Program-made: the position numbers and the translations under genes
NCBI GenBank assembly: GCA_030141605.1
Contig: JAQGDQ010000013.1
Span: 1,068,447 to 1,132,446, forward strand
Length of the DNA: 64,000 bases
From: Tubiluchus corallicola
Lineage: Eukaryota > Animalia > Priapulida
Direction of reading: 5' to 3'
The notes under the pieces: model-generated
Seen by the model: only the letters and a program-made list of their open reading frames with translations
What the model was told of the DNA's origin: nothing
The model's database searches: none
Shown here: positions 51,027 to 64,000 of the stretch, in pieces
How positions within the stretch are numbered: position 1 is the stretch's first letter
How the letters are laid out: each line of letters opens with the position of its first letter

Positions 51027-52610
51027 CATATAAATATTTGACAGTCAATGATTCCTTTGTGAATCTTTGCAAAGCAGCAATATTGTACCACGTTCCAGTG
51101 TTTTAGTGCTAGGTAATAAGCCTTTATTTTTGGCCGAAACTGTGTATCTAGTAAATAATTAAGTGACATTTGTACAACAAAACCTCACTGAAATAAATTT
51201 TTCTGATGAGCAAGCTTATGTGATTTTTAGTTTAATTGTAAGATTGTATGTGTAGCTCCTACTAATAGCTGTATTTGTATAACACATTACTAAGAAGTCA
51301 AACTATTTTGGTACATTATTTCCAACAGAAATTTAGACAACATCCATGCAGCCTTTATGTGAAGATGCTGCTTTCCAGTAACTTTTTTACTGCAGAAAAA
51401 TTCATGTAATGACTTTAGGCTTCACCGAGGACGGTTATGTTCAATGTCACTTAAGTTGAATCGTTTTATTCTAAATTATGTAAGATTAACCAAAACGCGC
51501 TTCGACTTTGATCTTTCTGGCTCATGTACATAGGGATGCGTACAGGGAAAAATTGTACACAGGGTAAGTGTGCAGTATTGAAAAATAGGTAAGGCATTCA
51601 CTAATTTTGATCTGAAAAGAGTTCGTAACTGAAAAGTTGCCAAGAGATGATTTCTAGGAAATTTTTACAGTCCAGTTTTTATTTTGTTTTCTTAATTGAT
51701 TTCAATTTGTTTTCATTGTAAACGTGAAATGTTCAACTTGCTTATGATTTTATCATTAAGACTTTTTAACTTAGATATTGCTCAGCATCAAAAATGAGGA
51801 ATTTCTATTGAATGTCTTGATGAATGTCACAATGAAGAAAAAGTACAAAGTAGTTTGAACCCAAAAATTAAACAAAAGAGGAGTGTAAGAGGATTATATA
51901 TATTTTTATTCCCATTAATCAGCCTAGAGGTGCACTATCTTTCTTAGTTCAAAAATTGGTTAATGTTATGATATCAGGATGAGTTCATTTTTTTTCAAAA
52001 GAAAAACAGGCACAATTATTTCTTTGCTGGTCAGATTGCCATTTCAAAAGAAAGTCTATCAAGTCTACCCAGAGAGGCTATTTACATGAAAAGGTAATGT
52101 ATGTGTATGTAAAACGATCATTGGTTGGATTTAAATAATTTTGTGGTTGTCTTCAGTTGTAATTATAATTTTTCGTTTTTTTCACATGAATAATAAAATT
52201 ATGTCAGCAAAGATTCTTTTTAATTTTTGCATTATGAAGTCTCTTATACTGTTAATTTCTGCAACCTTTCAAACCATTTGTAAATACCTGTACTTTTCAC
52301 AACGTAAAACTATAATAATAGCGGTTGACTAATTATTAAAAAACAATAAAAATTGATAAATCTGATTTTTGAGTGGTAGCCTATTGTACGCACTAAAGTT
52401 CGTAGTAAGTGGTCGTTATTTAATTCGCATAAATTTATTTATCACGCATGCTGTACGAATGCACGTAGAAAAACCTTCTTCAGTTTTTCCGTTTCGTCAT
52501 AAGCTGTGGAATAAGAATTTTTGAGTTTTCCAAACTAAGGAAAAGTTGTTCTAAGTTTTCAGGTTTTGTTTTTACATAAAGAAGAAAAGGATCCAACATT
52601 AATATTGACC

Positions 52611-55600
52611 ATGGTATTGGAATTATCAGTCAAGACTTTAGATGGCCAGAATCGCAAGTTTTCTGTGCCTGAAGACGTAAGTGCATATACAGTTTACGAA
52701 ATTAACGATATGTACTGCTTCGTGCATATTTTTAACTTTCGGTTATTATGATTATTTGCAATCAAGGCGTTATAGAATATTTGACACCATAAAACGTAAA
52801 GAACAACTTAGGGCAACTGAGAGAAACGCAGAAACATTTTTCACTTTGATGATAAGCCTACGACTTTTATTTTAATGCCAATCGGTACTTTAGTTCAAAC
52901 CTTTAACTAGTTAGTGTGTGGTAATTATGATCTTTAACTATTTCATTCATCGTTTATAAAAATGCCTTTTGTATTTTTGGGGATTATTTGGGTCAAATGT
53001 TTTTTTATTATTTTCTCAGTGTGTTATTGAAGAAAACACATTTTTATTTGCTTTCTGTGAATATTTTGAATTTGAATTAGAAATTTTGAATTACTCAATC
53101 ATTCGAGTTTGAGCATAATGAAGCAATTTAGCACGTACTTTATTAGGTGGCATTCACTAAATAGTTTTGGGCTATTAGTTCTGCAATTCCTGTGGATACT
53201 GCACAGTTAAAAGGGAAAAAAGCAATTTTAAAATTTATGTCCCGAAAAACTTACCATACAAAGTTATATTATGTAGCATTACTTACCTGCTTGAAAGACT
53301 TGTGTAACTAGAAAAGAAAATGCTTAGTAAATTAAATTTTTTGCATCAACTGTCACCAACTCGCCTTTCGTCAAGTATGCACTAGTGACTCACTGTACAA
53401 TGTATCTTCAAACTTTTGGACAAGATATGCCAATTTATACTTTTTCTTAGTTAGTAAAGTGTGCACTGTGAATGCTTTGATTATTTTTTCAAACTTTATG
53501 CAATGTTATCTAAACTTGTTTCAAAACAACTTACCATTAAAATGGCTACGCCTAACGGTGATCGCAGGAGTTTAAAAATTTTTCAAGCATTATACTCTAT
53601 TGTTGCTAACACAAGCCCTATGAGCTATAAGACAGTGCAGGTGATCAATTCAAGACAATTTTTTTAAGTTTTTGTTATTATGTATTACGTAAAAGGTTTT
53701 CTTGTGCTTTAAACAAATCTTGATAACTCGTAGTTGCAGCCAAGTGTGTTTATAGTAAACAACATAAATACAACATAGTAAACAACATGAATTGCCAATA
53801 AGAGAAAATGTAAATTGCTAACAAGCCAGCAATAGCACTATGCAAGTCTAACCGTCTTAAAAATTGTGAAACATTTCAACCCAAAAGGTGCTGATAATGT
53901 TTAAAGAGGTTTTTTAAATTAATTTTGGTTATCTTGGCAAATAGGCAACAGAAATTACTTTAGTTTGTAATGTGTTGTGTTTTTTGCAGATCACTGTAAA
54001 AGAGTTCAAGGAACACATATCTTCCTCAGTGGTATGTTTGACTATCTAACTGTACAATGAGAATTAAATTTTTCTGAATTTTGCTGCAAATTGTAGGTAG
54101 AGCTTTGTTAAATGGCGTTTACTTCTCCCCTCTCAACAACATCTGTATCTATAGCAAATATCTATATTTATTTACACTAATATGAATTTTGTGTGTGAAA
54201 AAGTGTATTATTTTCGTCTGCATGGTTAAATCAGCAGTTTTTTGCTAATTTTTGAAACTAGTTCTATTCCATTAGGCGCAAAAGTAATTTATTGCATTGC
54301 TTGATGGGCGCCATCATAATGACACAGTTCCCTACAAACATTACATGTAAGGTGGTTCATAACATTTTTATTAAGGGCACAAAACAGTGAGTAATGATAC
54401 AGTTATAATTTATTACATCAAAGTATTCCTCAATCAGGGAATCTGGTCATGCCCTCAAAATTTAGCTTGGAAGCCTATTGTGTCTCACAAAACCTGTAAT
54501 CTTGAATTTATGGAGTAGTGGCTTGAAGAGCTGAAGATCTTCCTTCGCATCCTACAGATGTGTCAAAATTTACATCTTGAACATTGATCAACGGCATGTT
54601 TTGTGTTATCTTAGCATACACCTGTTTTTCGGACAGGGGCATATTAAGACTTAACTACATTGTGGGCTGATAGTTCTATCACACCCATCTCTATTATGAA
54701 TTTATGGTTGTTTAAGTAATGAGAAGATTATACAATTACTTGTGGTGGATTAGAAACACTAACCTGGTGTCTACATGGTCATTACTATTTACATGTATTT
54801 GCATAGCACTTTTATTAAGCAGGCTGTGCAACTACTAGTTGTATAACACCTTGCACCTGCTTGTTATGTGGCAGTTATATACAGATCCACTCAGTAACTA
54901 CCTGTGGTGTGTTATAAAATGCGCCTTTACATCAATATGAAAGTATTCACTTTTTCCGAGGGAATAAGATTTTTTTTCTAAAATGTGACGCCCCTCAAAC
55001 TTTGGCACCCTTGGCTATAGGTTAATACGCCCCTGCTTTCGGGATAGCGCCAGTGTGTTTGGATGGTTGGGTTGATGTTTGATGAATTTCCAGGTTATTC
55101 AATGAAAACAAAACAGAGTTTTCAGATCACTGATGCAATCATATCATTATACAAGATGCGTAGGACTTTCATACTAAACTTTGAGGACACGATAAACCTG
55201 TTGTTTCAGCAATCCTTTGATATAATAAATTCTTCTGTACTGTAACTCATTGATTCTATATACCCCTAGCAAAAGGTTACGTTCCACCGGAATGATTCTT
55301 TCATATTATACTTGACGAGTTATATCCAATTTTTCACTAGTGTTTACTACAAACTGTATCTGTGCATTGCTATGTAGTATACTTTTATGTTTTGAGTAAA
55401 TGACTAAAAAGCTTAATTATCCAACATTGTAATTGTTGCATTTTGACAGAATGTGGAAGCAAACGTTCAGAGATTGATTTATCGAGGCCGGGTACTGCAG
55501 GACGATAAGAAACTAAATGAGTATGGTAGGTTATAGACGAGGAATTCATAATGCTGCTGGTGTACCAAGATCAAAAAATTCATAAATATGTGGTGCACAG

Positions 55601-58600
55601 GGTGTCAGTGTTTCATGTTGTTAGTTGTAATTGTTCTGTTAGGTGTCTCTCATCTTGTCTACCTTAATTACTATTTGATGCGTTTTGACTGCATTCAGTT
55701 CATCGTTTTTAAAAAGTAATCGGTAAGGGTACTATTTATTATTAAAAAATTGTCAACAAATTGGTCATTACTAATTATTTTATTGGTTACTTAGCCATCG
55801 GGTGCTTCGTTACAGTACAGTGAAGCAAAGAATGAAAATGAAAATTTATTTATTGTGGCATCTTATTATCATGTGTACTTATTAGTCATAAGTTCACAAT
55901 ATCAATTAACAACAAGTTTAACACTTTGTTGCAATCCTAGCATCACTAAGGTAACCAGTAGACTTAGTTTAAGTATTAGACCTAGTAATGTAACTGCTTT
56001 TTATTCTTTGTTACCTGAAAGGCTATTCCAATTATAGTAACATCTTACTGGTAGTAGTTTATTGACATTAGTCCAGCAAACACTTCACAACAAAATAATA
56101 ATAATAACAATAAATATTCACTCTACATACATCCTTACGTTTGTACCATACAGTAGTATGCTAGTGAGATGGTTATAAGAATAAATTTAGTATATCTGTA
56201 ATTACTTTTGCACATGTTTCCAGTTCTAAATTAAACAGGTTGCATGTACTATTAAAAGCCATATTTTATTTTGTCGTTGTCTTTCGGTTACTCTACATCT
56301 TGTTGCTGCGTGTTGCTCATCTTGTACTTCATTTTCGCAAGTATTACACAGTCTTCTATAGTGTGGTACCGGGGGTCTTACTCATCTCCCTATTTCAACT
56401 TTCGAGTGATGTGCAGAAAAAACAAATCGGCTAAAATTAATATGCAGCGAATCAGCAATATTAGTAGTATATACCTTGTGCTGTACAATGATTAAAAGCA
56501 GAAGCCAATGTAATTACCTAATATTTACCTGTCATTTTTTCGTAAGTTTTACATTTTTTTAATATTTCCGTGCTTTCACTCACATTTCACTAAGTTGCAA
56601 ATAATCCCAGTGGCAAGAGGAATACTAACGATAACTGAGATATGATGTAGCTGCTATCGACTGCTCTCCTTCCTCTTTAAAAAAGGGATCTGCCTTGAAA
56701 CCATGATTGTGAATTGGTGCAAAACTGACTTCCAAGCTATCCCTTCCAGCTTGTGAGAGTATAAGCTATTTAACCACATGTGGGACATGATTGGTGAGTC
56801 AGAGACGCTCATGTCAGACATAGTAGACCTCTGGGTCACCTTGTTTAGCCTGCTGCCTCATGAACTGTATGTGCATTGCAAAAAGCATGTGTCTTATTTC
56901 CATCATGCATTCTTATGCATTCGAATCATCTGATTATTATTTATGTTTCCGTAGATGTTAATGCTAAGGTGTTGCATCTGGTGCAACGTCCACCACCAGC
57001 ACCGACGTCTCGTTTGCAGGGTGATTCTGCACCACACCCACCAGGAGCACCACTCCCACCGGACAGGCCATCAGGTGCACCAGGTAGCAGGGAAAGCTTT
57101 GTTGTTGGAGCATTTACTGTACCATCTGAGTCTATTGACCACAATCATCTACATGTAAGTACTTTTTGTAGAGTTTATTTTCAAATTTTATTTTGTTTTA
57201 AATTATAATCTAATCTGGAGTTTTAAAGGAAACTCAAGTTGTTGATGGTTGATAGCAAATATTGCATAATATGATATTCTTTGAACGGTTTGTAAATTTT
57301 CATAAATTGCTGGTTTTTCTCTTTGAAATATTTGAAAGTAGTTTTAGCGATAAAATGTTCCAGAAGTTGCCATGAGTAACAATTTTCTTAGAAGAAAATA
57401 TCTTATGTCTGTGAGAAATAACATGTTTGTTTGTTTTGTTTGTTTTTGCTGCAACGACAACAAAATTTCTGCTAGTTTGCTTGTAACTATTTGCTCTGCA
57501 AAGTGTCTGCGCATCAAAAAATATAATTTCTCCGATTATTGATAATTTATTGGCTTTGAATGTTCCGTTTGGCTTCTAGGTGTTTTTTTAGCCTGCATTC
57601 ATTCTCGATTGTTGAAAAATACTAGTTTTTTCTCGTACTAACTGGCTAATTTTTGTAAATTTTTAGAGTGTTGTTCAAAATGTTATCGAAGGGATGGGTG
57701 AAGTAGGAAGAAATGCTCAGGTCTCCACCAGCCCATCAGTAAGTTTAAAATATGACTAAGGCTTTTTAGAACACTCTTCATTTGTTTACATATTATGAAC
57801 AAAATTATCTTTGCAGGAACAGACATGTCTCTACATGTCTCTAAATTTACGTTTTGCCATTTATCTTCAAATGTTTTTTGAAACGAAGTTGAATTTTCTG
57901 GTGTGGGTGTGAAAATTTTTTAAAATGGGTTAAATGATATACGTAATATGTCAATACTAGATATGTTTTATTTGCACCAAGTCTGTGGATCTTATGGTGA
58001 CTTGTAATTGTTTTAGTAACAGCAGCCTACTTTAGAAAATGTGCAATAGGTGACTAGAATTATATCTTGTAGAAAGGTTTGCTATTCATTAAAGAATAGT
58101 CAATGTTATACATATCTAATTGTAAAAAGAACTCGTATTTGTTGAAATAAAATCTGACCAAAAGGTGAAATTATACGGCCTAGATATGGATTTGAACCGG
58201 ATTTCTGTACAATACTGTGAATACTAAACAACACAGCTACTTGGGACTAAGTTTTAATTTTATCCAAATTCAACTTTTCCAAGTAGTAGTTTCTTCAGAG
58301 TAAGTGCTAATTAATCGAATTATTTTTTAGATGATTTGATCTTTGAATGATTTGATGATTATAAAAAATTTTACACAAGTTTTGCACAGCACTGTAGAGA
58401 AACAGTAACTGAACAAACTTCTCTTATTAGCATCAACTCAAAGTGCAAGCATTAATTTGTATGGATGATTTCACTAGAAGTCAGCTTCATAATAAACCCT
58501 ACTGTATTAATCACAACAGAAAAGTGATTTTCAGTTTCCCTCAAGTTGATACTTATAGTGGAAATCGTGGACTAGCAGGTCATTTGTAAACTGCTAATAC

Positions 58601-61600
58601 ACACTTAGCTCACGTTGTAAGGACACTAAATTACGAAGAACCACGATAGGCCTAAATTAAATAGATGAGAAGCAAAAATTAAGCAATGTTAAATTTGGAA
58701 TTAAATTTTAAGATTTGTTTCATTTTCTCAGTTTAATATATTATATAGTCATTTTCATTTCATTTTATACAAATTCTGCACATGTTTGTGCATATAGCTT
58801 TAATTATTATTCATTCATTTGTTATCTCAGAGCCAAATTTAGCAGAATAGATTTGATGTAGTTGAAGCCCAGTGTAATTTAAGTTTTTATTTATTCAGAC
58901 TGATGGGCAGTCCGTAAACTTGCATATAAACCTCGGACCAATAGATCCACAAGCGATCTTTAACGATCCCCAGGAACGTATTAATGCTGCTAGACGCATG
59001 GTCAGTCTGGCCAATCAGCGACTTGACCGCTTCGAGGTACGTTAAAATTCTTGTATATAACTTTTTTTCCAATTGTGAAACTGTACTGAAATAGAATTGA
59101 TTAGGATTTTATTCAGAGATTTTTTATAGAAAAGCGTCCCAGTTTTTTCCCAGTTTCATGCAAAATGCAGAAAAAATTGGATGTGCGACTAGCAGGAGTT
59201 AAGCAAACACATATATTCAACTTATGTATTAAGTATGTAATATTAATGTTAGATAAATTATATAATATTAAGACGAAAAATTACAATCTTCTAACTGTTA
59301 AAATTTCATTCAAAAATCGAGCTTTAAATAAGTGGGAAATAAGAACAAAGTTTGTTTTGTTTGATAATTTCTTGAAATAAGCTTTTTGTTATGCAAGTTA
59401 ACATAAACAAAAACCATTACATATTTCGTATTTTTAGAAAAACTTGAAGAGCATCCTATTTAAAAAGCCTTAGACGGTACAGCAGTCCGAATAAGCGACA
59501 AAAGTAAAACTTGAAATGGGGTGTAAAATAGAAATTATTTAAAGCTTGCTGAGTGATAAAGAATGGAATGCTTAAATGCAAAGATTGTTTCTTTGTAAAA
59601 TGTCTTTTTGGAGAGGAAAGTATTCAGGGCAAATCATTGTTTTTATAACTTTTTTATGAGCATAATTTTCAGTTTTGATTTTCAAACTTCTAGAGTCCCG
59701 AAGAATCTAGCACTGACTCTCCCATGAATGAAAACATTGCAAGTGAACAACCAGTAGAACCAATGGAAATGCAGGAAGGTAATACTCAATCACCAGCTAC
59801 AGATGCTGAACAACCATCAGTTGCTCCTCCTGCATCTGAGATGCCAGAGGCAACATCGGAAAGGACCTCAAACCAACAGCCAGCCACTGCTCAAGCTAGA
59901 ACCCCCCCACAACCAAGGCCACCGTGAGTGTTTTTGGTTCTGTGTTAATTCTGATTTCGTTTAACAGCAATTATGACTTCATATGATTAAAGTAAAGTAA
60001 GCAATTGTAAAGTATGGCATTTTTTAAAAATATTAGTGTAATTTGCTGATAAATGGTTTTGTAGTCTTGGTGCAATGGCTTGAATGTGAACTAATGTCTA
60101 GTGTGAACTTTACAGTTGCCGAACTCAAAGTTTGAATGAAGCCTTACAGGATATCGTTCAGCTTAGTTCACGTCTTCAACCGTATTTGCAACGTTACTCT
60201 AGTCTGATGGCTGATGACCCCAATTTTGCTGGCAACGTAAGAATTTTATTACTGTAAGCTAAAAACAACAATGTCTTGTACACGAAATGCAGAACAGAAT
60301 GTTTTTTAACCTCAGCATAATTTGATTTAGTGAATGAACTGAACATTTGACTTCTTGCAATAAGTGCCAAAGAGTTTTTTCTTTTAAATATTAATTTACT
60401 CACCTAGCTACAGGAAGTGATGTCGTCATTGGACAAAATTTTCCAATTTTGGTGGGATTATTTCACATGTATCTTGCGCACAATGCACATGTTTGCAAAG
60501 GCAAAGATTACAGTAGTGCTGTTTTGTGAATTTTGCAATAAAAGCTTCCCCATTTTTTTTAAATTCACACCTTAAATTTTCAAGTTTATTGCTTTGTAGA
60601 TTAGATGAGATTAGATTAGATGGTAAATGTCACTAATGTGTGATTTTACAAGAATGTGGTGCTGTCATAACTAAACTCTGCAATTATCTAATGCTCTAAT
60701 GTACTAGAATGTTAATCATTCTTAAACAGTATTTATGGATGCTTACAGATATTTTTTATCATTGCTTATTTAACCTGTACTCTTTCCATTAAGGCAATTT
60801 TAACTGCTAACATTACTTTCTTTGTAATTTGTTAATGCTCTTTGCTTTTGTTGATTAATATTAATTTCTAATAAACATGTATAACCGTAGGCTAACACGA
60901 ATGTACAGGTAGTTATTCGTATATCTTCCCATCATTGTTAGTTTGTTCCTATTTAATGTTTTGTTGTTGTTAATGCAGTAAACTCTCACTATAACAGACT
61001 AATTGGAGGGAAGGGTCATCCGTTATAAAGGACAGTCTGTTATAACAAAGGTTTATTCTATGTAGTAGGTAAAAAATCTGCCTTTTTCAAAGGTCATTGT
61101 TGCAAACATACCTATTTTTTCTTAAAGGAAAACCGGACGATTGATTTGGCTCGATCTCATGTTAATTTACTTTCCAAAATATAAATTTTCTCGCTTATAA
61201 GAGTTAGTAATTGTTTCTAATATTTGAATAATTACCTTGGAAAGGCAATGGAAGGTAGCTGTCACTTACGCCACAAACTAACCACAGTTTGTGCAATGAT
61301 ATATATTTTCCCTACACATCAAGCACGTTTGCGTAAACAAAGATTGCTATCAGATGTTGATGTGATGTCACAAAAATGAGCTCTATGTCACACGGACGTC
61401 GCACTGCAGTTCATGATCATGCTCATCGAGGTACCTCACCTATTTGTCTGCCACACGAATGTGACAAAATTAAAGGCCCCACTGCCAGTCCTAGTGGATT
61501 CCCTGAGCCGTGCGTAGCTTTCAAAGTTTAACAAAATTTAACTATCTGAGGTAATTATTATTTAACCCAAACTTTGATTTACCACAAGCTGTTGTAGTTT

Positions 61601-63184
61601 TCAGTATATTAGGCCATAATTTATTTTGAACTAATGCCCGGTTTTCCTTTAAAAGTTTATCAATCGTGTATGCAAGTCGAAAAACAATAGAGCTCTCGTT
61701 TATGGAAATACACAATATCTTTTACAGTTGGATCGTGTACTAGAAGCTCAGAGATTGTTCAATATGGTGTCCTGTGTCATGCATCACTTGGGTCATGCTT
61801 ACCACGACGTTAGCGATTTAATGATTGATATGAGGCAGGACCCTCCCCGAGCGCTCGTTAATCCTCCTACAGCATTTGCAACCCCTCCGAGACAGAGAGT
61901 ACCGCAAGTAAGTCTTCACTTTAGATGATTTAGCATTGAGCAAAATCGTTAATTTAGCATTTAGCATGGAAGAGTTGGAAATAGGGATTTTTAAATGTAC
62001 CCGATTGTGTATGTAATTTTCTACTCTACCTAATATATTTGCATATCTTTATGTATTTAAAACTGTCAAAGTTACCTTTATGTTATATGATTTAGTGGAA
62101 TGAAAGTGGTAGTCTTAATACACACCTGTTATACTCCGATTGCGTAAAGCTTCCAGGATTATTTTATATTTCTGAATCAAAGTAAAGAAATGTTATCGTA
62201 TGATGCAAAATATGTTAATTTCTTCAACAGCTTTATTTGGGGATAAATTGAAAGCCTGCAAAGTAATTGCATTCTGTAGAGTAGAAGTAATAACTTGTGC
62301 TATAATTATTCATGCACATTACTAAGCTTGGGATGTGGCTTCGTTTAATACCTTAATATTTTAAGAGAATATTCCTGATAATAAACCTTTTCACAGTTTT
62401 GTTGTGTGCATACACAGTTGCTGTAGGTCAAAGATTAGGTTTACCACAGCAGCACGTTTTAACTACATCCGTCATGTGTGTAAAGCAAAGCCGTCTGCTG
62501 TATCAGTTTACTAACTTCAGTTGTTTTGCGTGTACTTTACTTAATTGTGCATTTCTTTGTGTGTAGAGTGATTTACTATCACGATCTTGCTTGAGAACAA
62601 GAAAAAATGAATTACGTAAGGTTCTAGCTAGCTGTTAAAACTGTTACTATTACAATAGCATGGGCTGCCAGGCGTTGTGAAGTGTTCACAAATGCGTCGT
62701 CTGGTACACGTAACCTTTCAACTTCTCGCGTTCGTTATCAATCGCTGTAACTATGAAAAGGCTTATTAACTCCTACTATAACACCATCAGTCGTAGCAAT
62801 GCACTGAACCTAAACAAAATTTTGAGATTAGCAGAATATGTCTTGTTTATGTGTTAGGTTTCATAATGTTATGTTTATAGGTGTCCATTTTACCATGTTT
62901 TGGTGTCCATGTTGTTATTTTTAAGATGTTAATAATAATGCTAGTTGTCGTTGCAAGTTTTTCAAGTTGCCATCCTGAAACTGTAGATTTCTAGCCGAAG
63001 ATAAGGCATTGTTATTATTCATTTTATTAATTTTATACTGGGAAACTCTTATATTTGCTTGTTTTATGGTTGGTATGTTGCTATTTAGGAGATTCGTGTT
63101 ACGAGAACGAGGGCACATGTCCCGACTAGCCATGCAGCTTCAGCTTCAGCACCACCTCCGAATGCTACTTCTACGGCATCTCAG
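52611..63184 (+). CDS. BAG6: Large proline-rich protein BAG6 (BAT3/Scythe), 5' part; gene continues beyond the window
   Basis: Frame-consistent GT-AG exons 52611-52676, 53990-54031, 55450-55525, 56955-57154, 57667-57738, 58899-59036, 59694-59923, 60116-60236, 61728-61907, 63089-63184. N-terminal UBL domain (LELSVKTLDGQNRKF...TVKEFKEHI...[34 protein letters not shown]), a Pro-rich region, then RLQPYLQRY and AQRLFNMVS..MHHLGHAYHDVSDL as in BAG6. Confidence 0.93.
54634..55035 (-). mobile_element. hAT-like MITE, complete copy in BAG6 intron 2
   Basis: TIRs caggggcatattaa...ttaatacgcccctg; 8-bp flanks ttttcgga / ctttcggg (6 of 8 match) fit a decayed hAT target duplication; reverse orientation relative to 31196. 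Confidence 0.8.
58165..58247 (-). mobile_element. Possible tRNA-derived SINE head
   Basis: Minus strand has an A-box-like tagctgtgttgtttag and a B-box ggttcaaatcc; no complete cloverleaf. Confidence 0.35.
62379..62768. mobile_element. MITE with about 20-bp TIRs (copy 2, in a BAG6 intron)
   Basis: taataaaccttttcacagtt ... aactatgaaaaggcttatta; colinear with 9135-9476. Confidence 0.85.
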
Positions 63185-64000
63185 GTAATTGTTATCACAC
63201 TGTTTATGTGTTATTTTTAAGAAAATGCAGTTTTCGTGATTTAAGTTTGTTCAAAGCATGACTGATTTATAGTTTTTTCAAATCTATAATATAATGTTGA
63301 AGTCCTGGTTTATATGATGCTTATTTGTGAATGTGGAGTATAGATTGTGCATAATTAACCTTTTTAAAGGCTATAGACATTGAATTGGGGTTCCAAACTT
63401 TTTAGACCATTGACCCGTTAATGGAATCCTTGATTTCTCTTGACTCCCAGGCTTATGCAAAAAAATAAATATTAATTTTTCACTGTGTGGGACAATCTAA
63501 CAAGCCCTGCTTTTTGATTGCCCACAACACATTTACATTTGTATACAGGTGAACAGTGTGTGAGGCTTTTCTTGTGCGGAAACAATAAAAGCTTATTTGT
63601 ATTATGTTCATTGTAGGCCCTTTCACTATATATTGTACATGAAACTATTGTAAATGTGTAATGTGAAATAAATGACTTATGACTTACTGGAAAAGGTGTT
63701 AGTAAAAATTGTTTGTGCAGACATCACACTGAAAACATTCACCATTATCTGTTTGACTGACCTTATATATTGCAAGTAGAAGTTATTCATAGGATAAAAT
63801 ATCAACTCTTCTAGGCCACGACCAAAATGTTCTGGTACTTCAATTAGTGCAAAGATTTGCTAAGGAGGCAAAAAGATTCCGCCGTAGAAATTAGTCAGTT
63901 TTCAGTATTTTAGCAGTTTAATTAATTGGCATTTTCCAAGTGTAATTAATATCCACTGATGCTCTATTGTCAATTTAACTGTGTAGGTACTTTGCAATTT

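Noticed and set aside
50086-51029. Alternative-frame and antisense ORFs over RAE1
   Set aside because: Short shadows of the real CDS with no recognisable motifs.
63987-64000. Possible next BAG6 exon after tgtgtag
   Set aside because: Only 14 nt are visible, so frame and identity cannot be verified.

Overview
AT-rich, intron-rich animal genomic DNA (probably a non-arthropod invertebrate; TTAGGG motifs occur inside a repeat), not a prokaryotic locus. Five protein-coding genes are supported, all on the + strand: (1) a single-coding-exon, probably GPI-anchored protein with two fibronectin type III domains (15160-15924); (2, 3) two intact four-exon tandem paralogs of a CMTM/plasmolipin-like MARVEL tetraspan protein (23841-29198 and 38197-43885); (4) RAE1 with an uninterrupted CDS (49923-51026); (5) the first ten coding exons of BAG6/Scythe (from 52611, continuing past the window). 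The rest is decayed LINEs, a Penelope-like fragment carrying a minimal hammerhead ribozyme, several MITE families, mini/microsatellites and local foldbacks. Best leads: complementary (GA)n and (CT)n tracts bracketing the same in-frame exon in both MARVEL paralogs; paralog divergence focused on the predicted extracellular loops; the hammerhead motif; a TIR element carrying telomeric repeats; the intronless RAE1; the orphan FN3 protein. Exon structures, alignments and counts were done by eye; no database searches were run, and nothing here is shown to be a new system.
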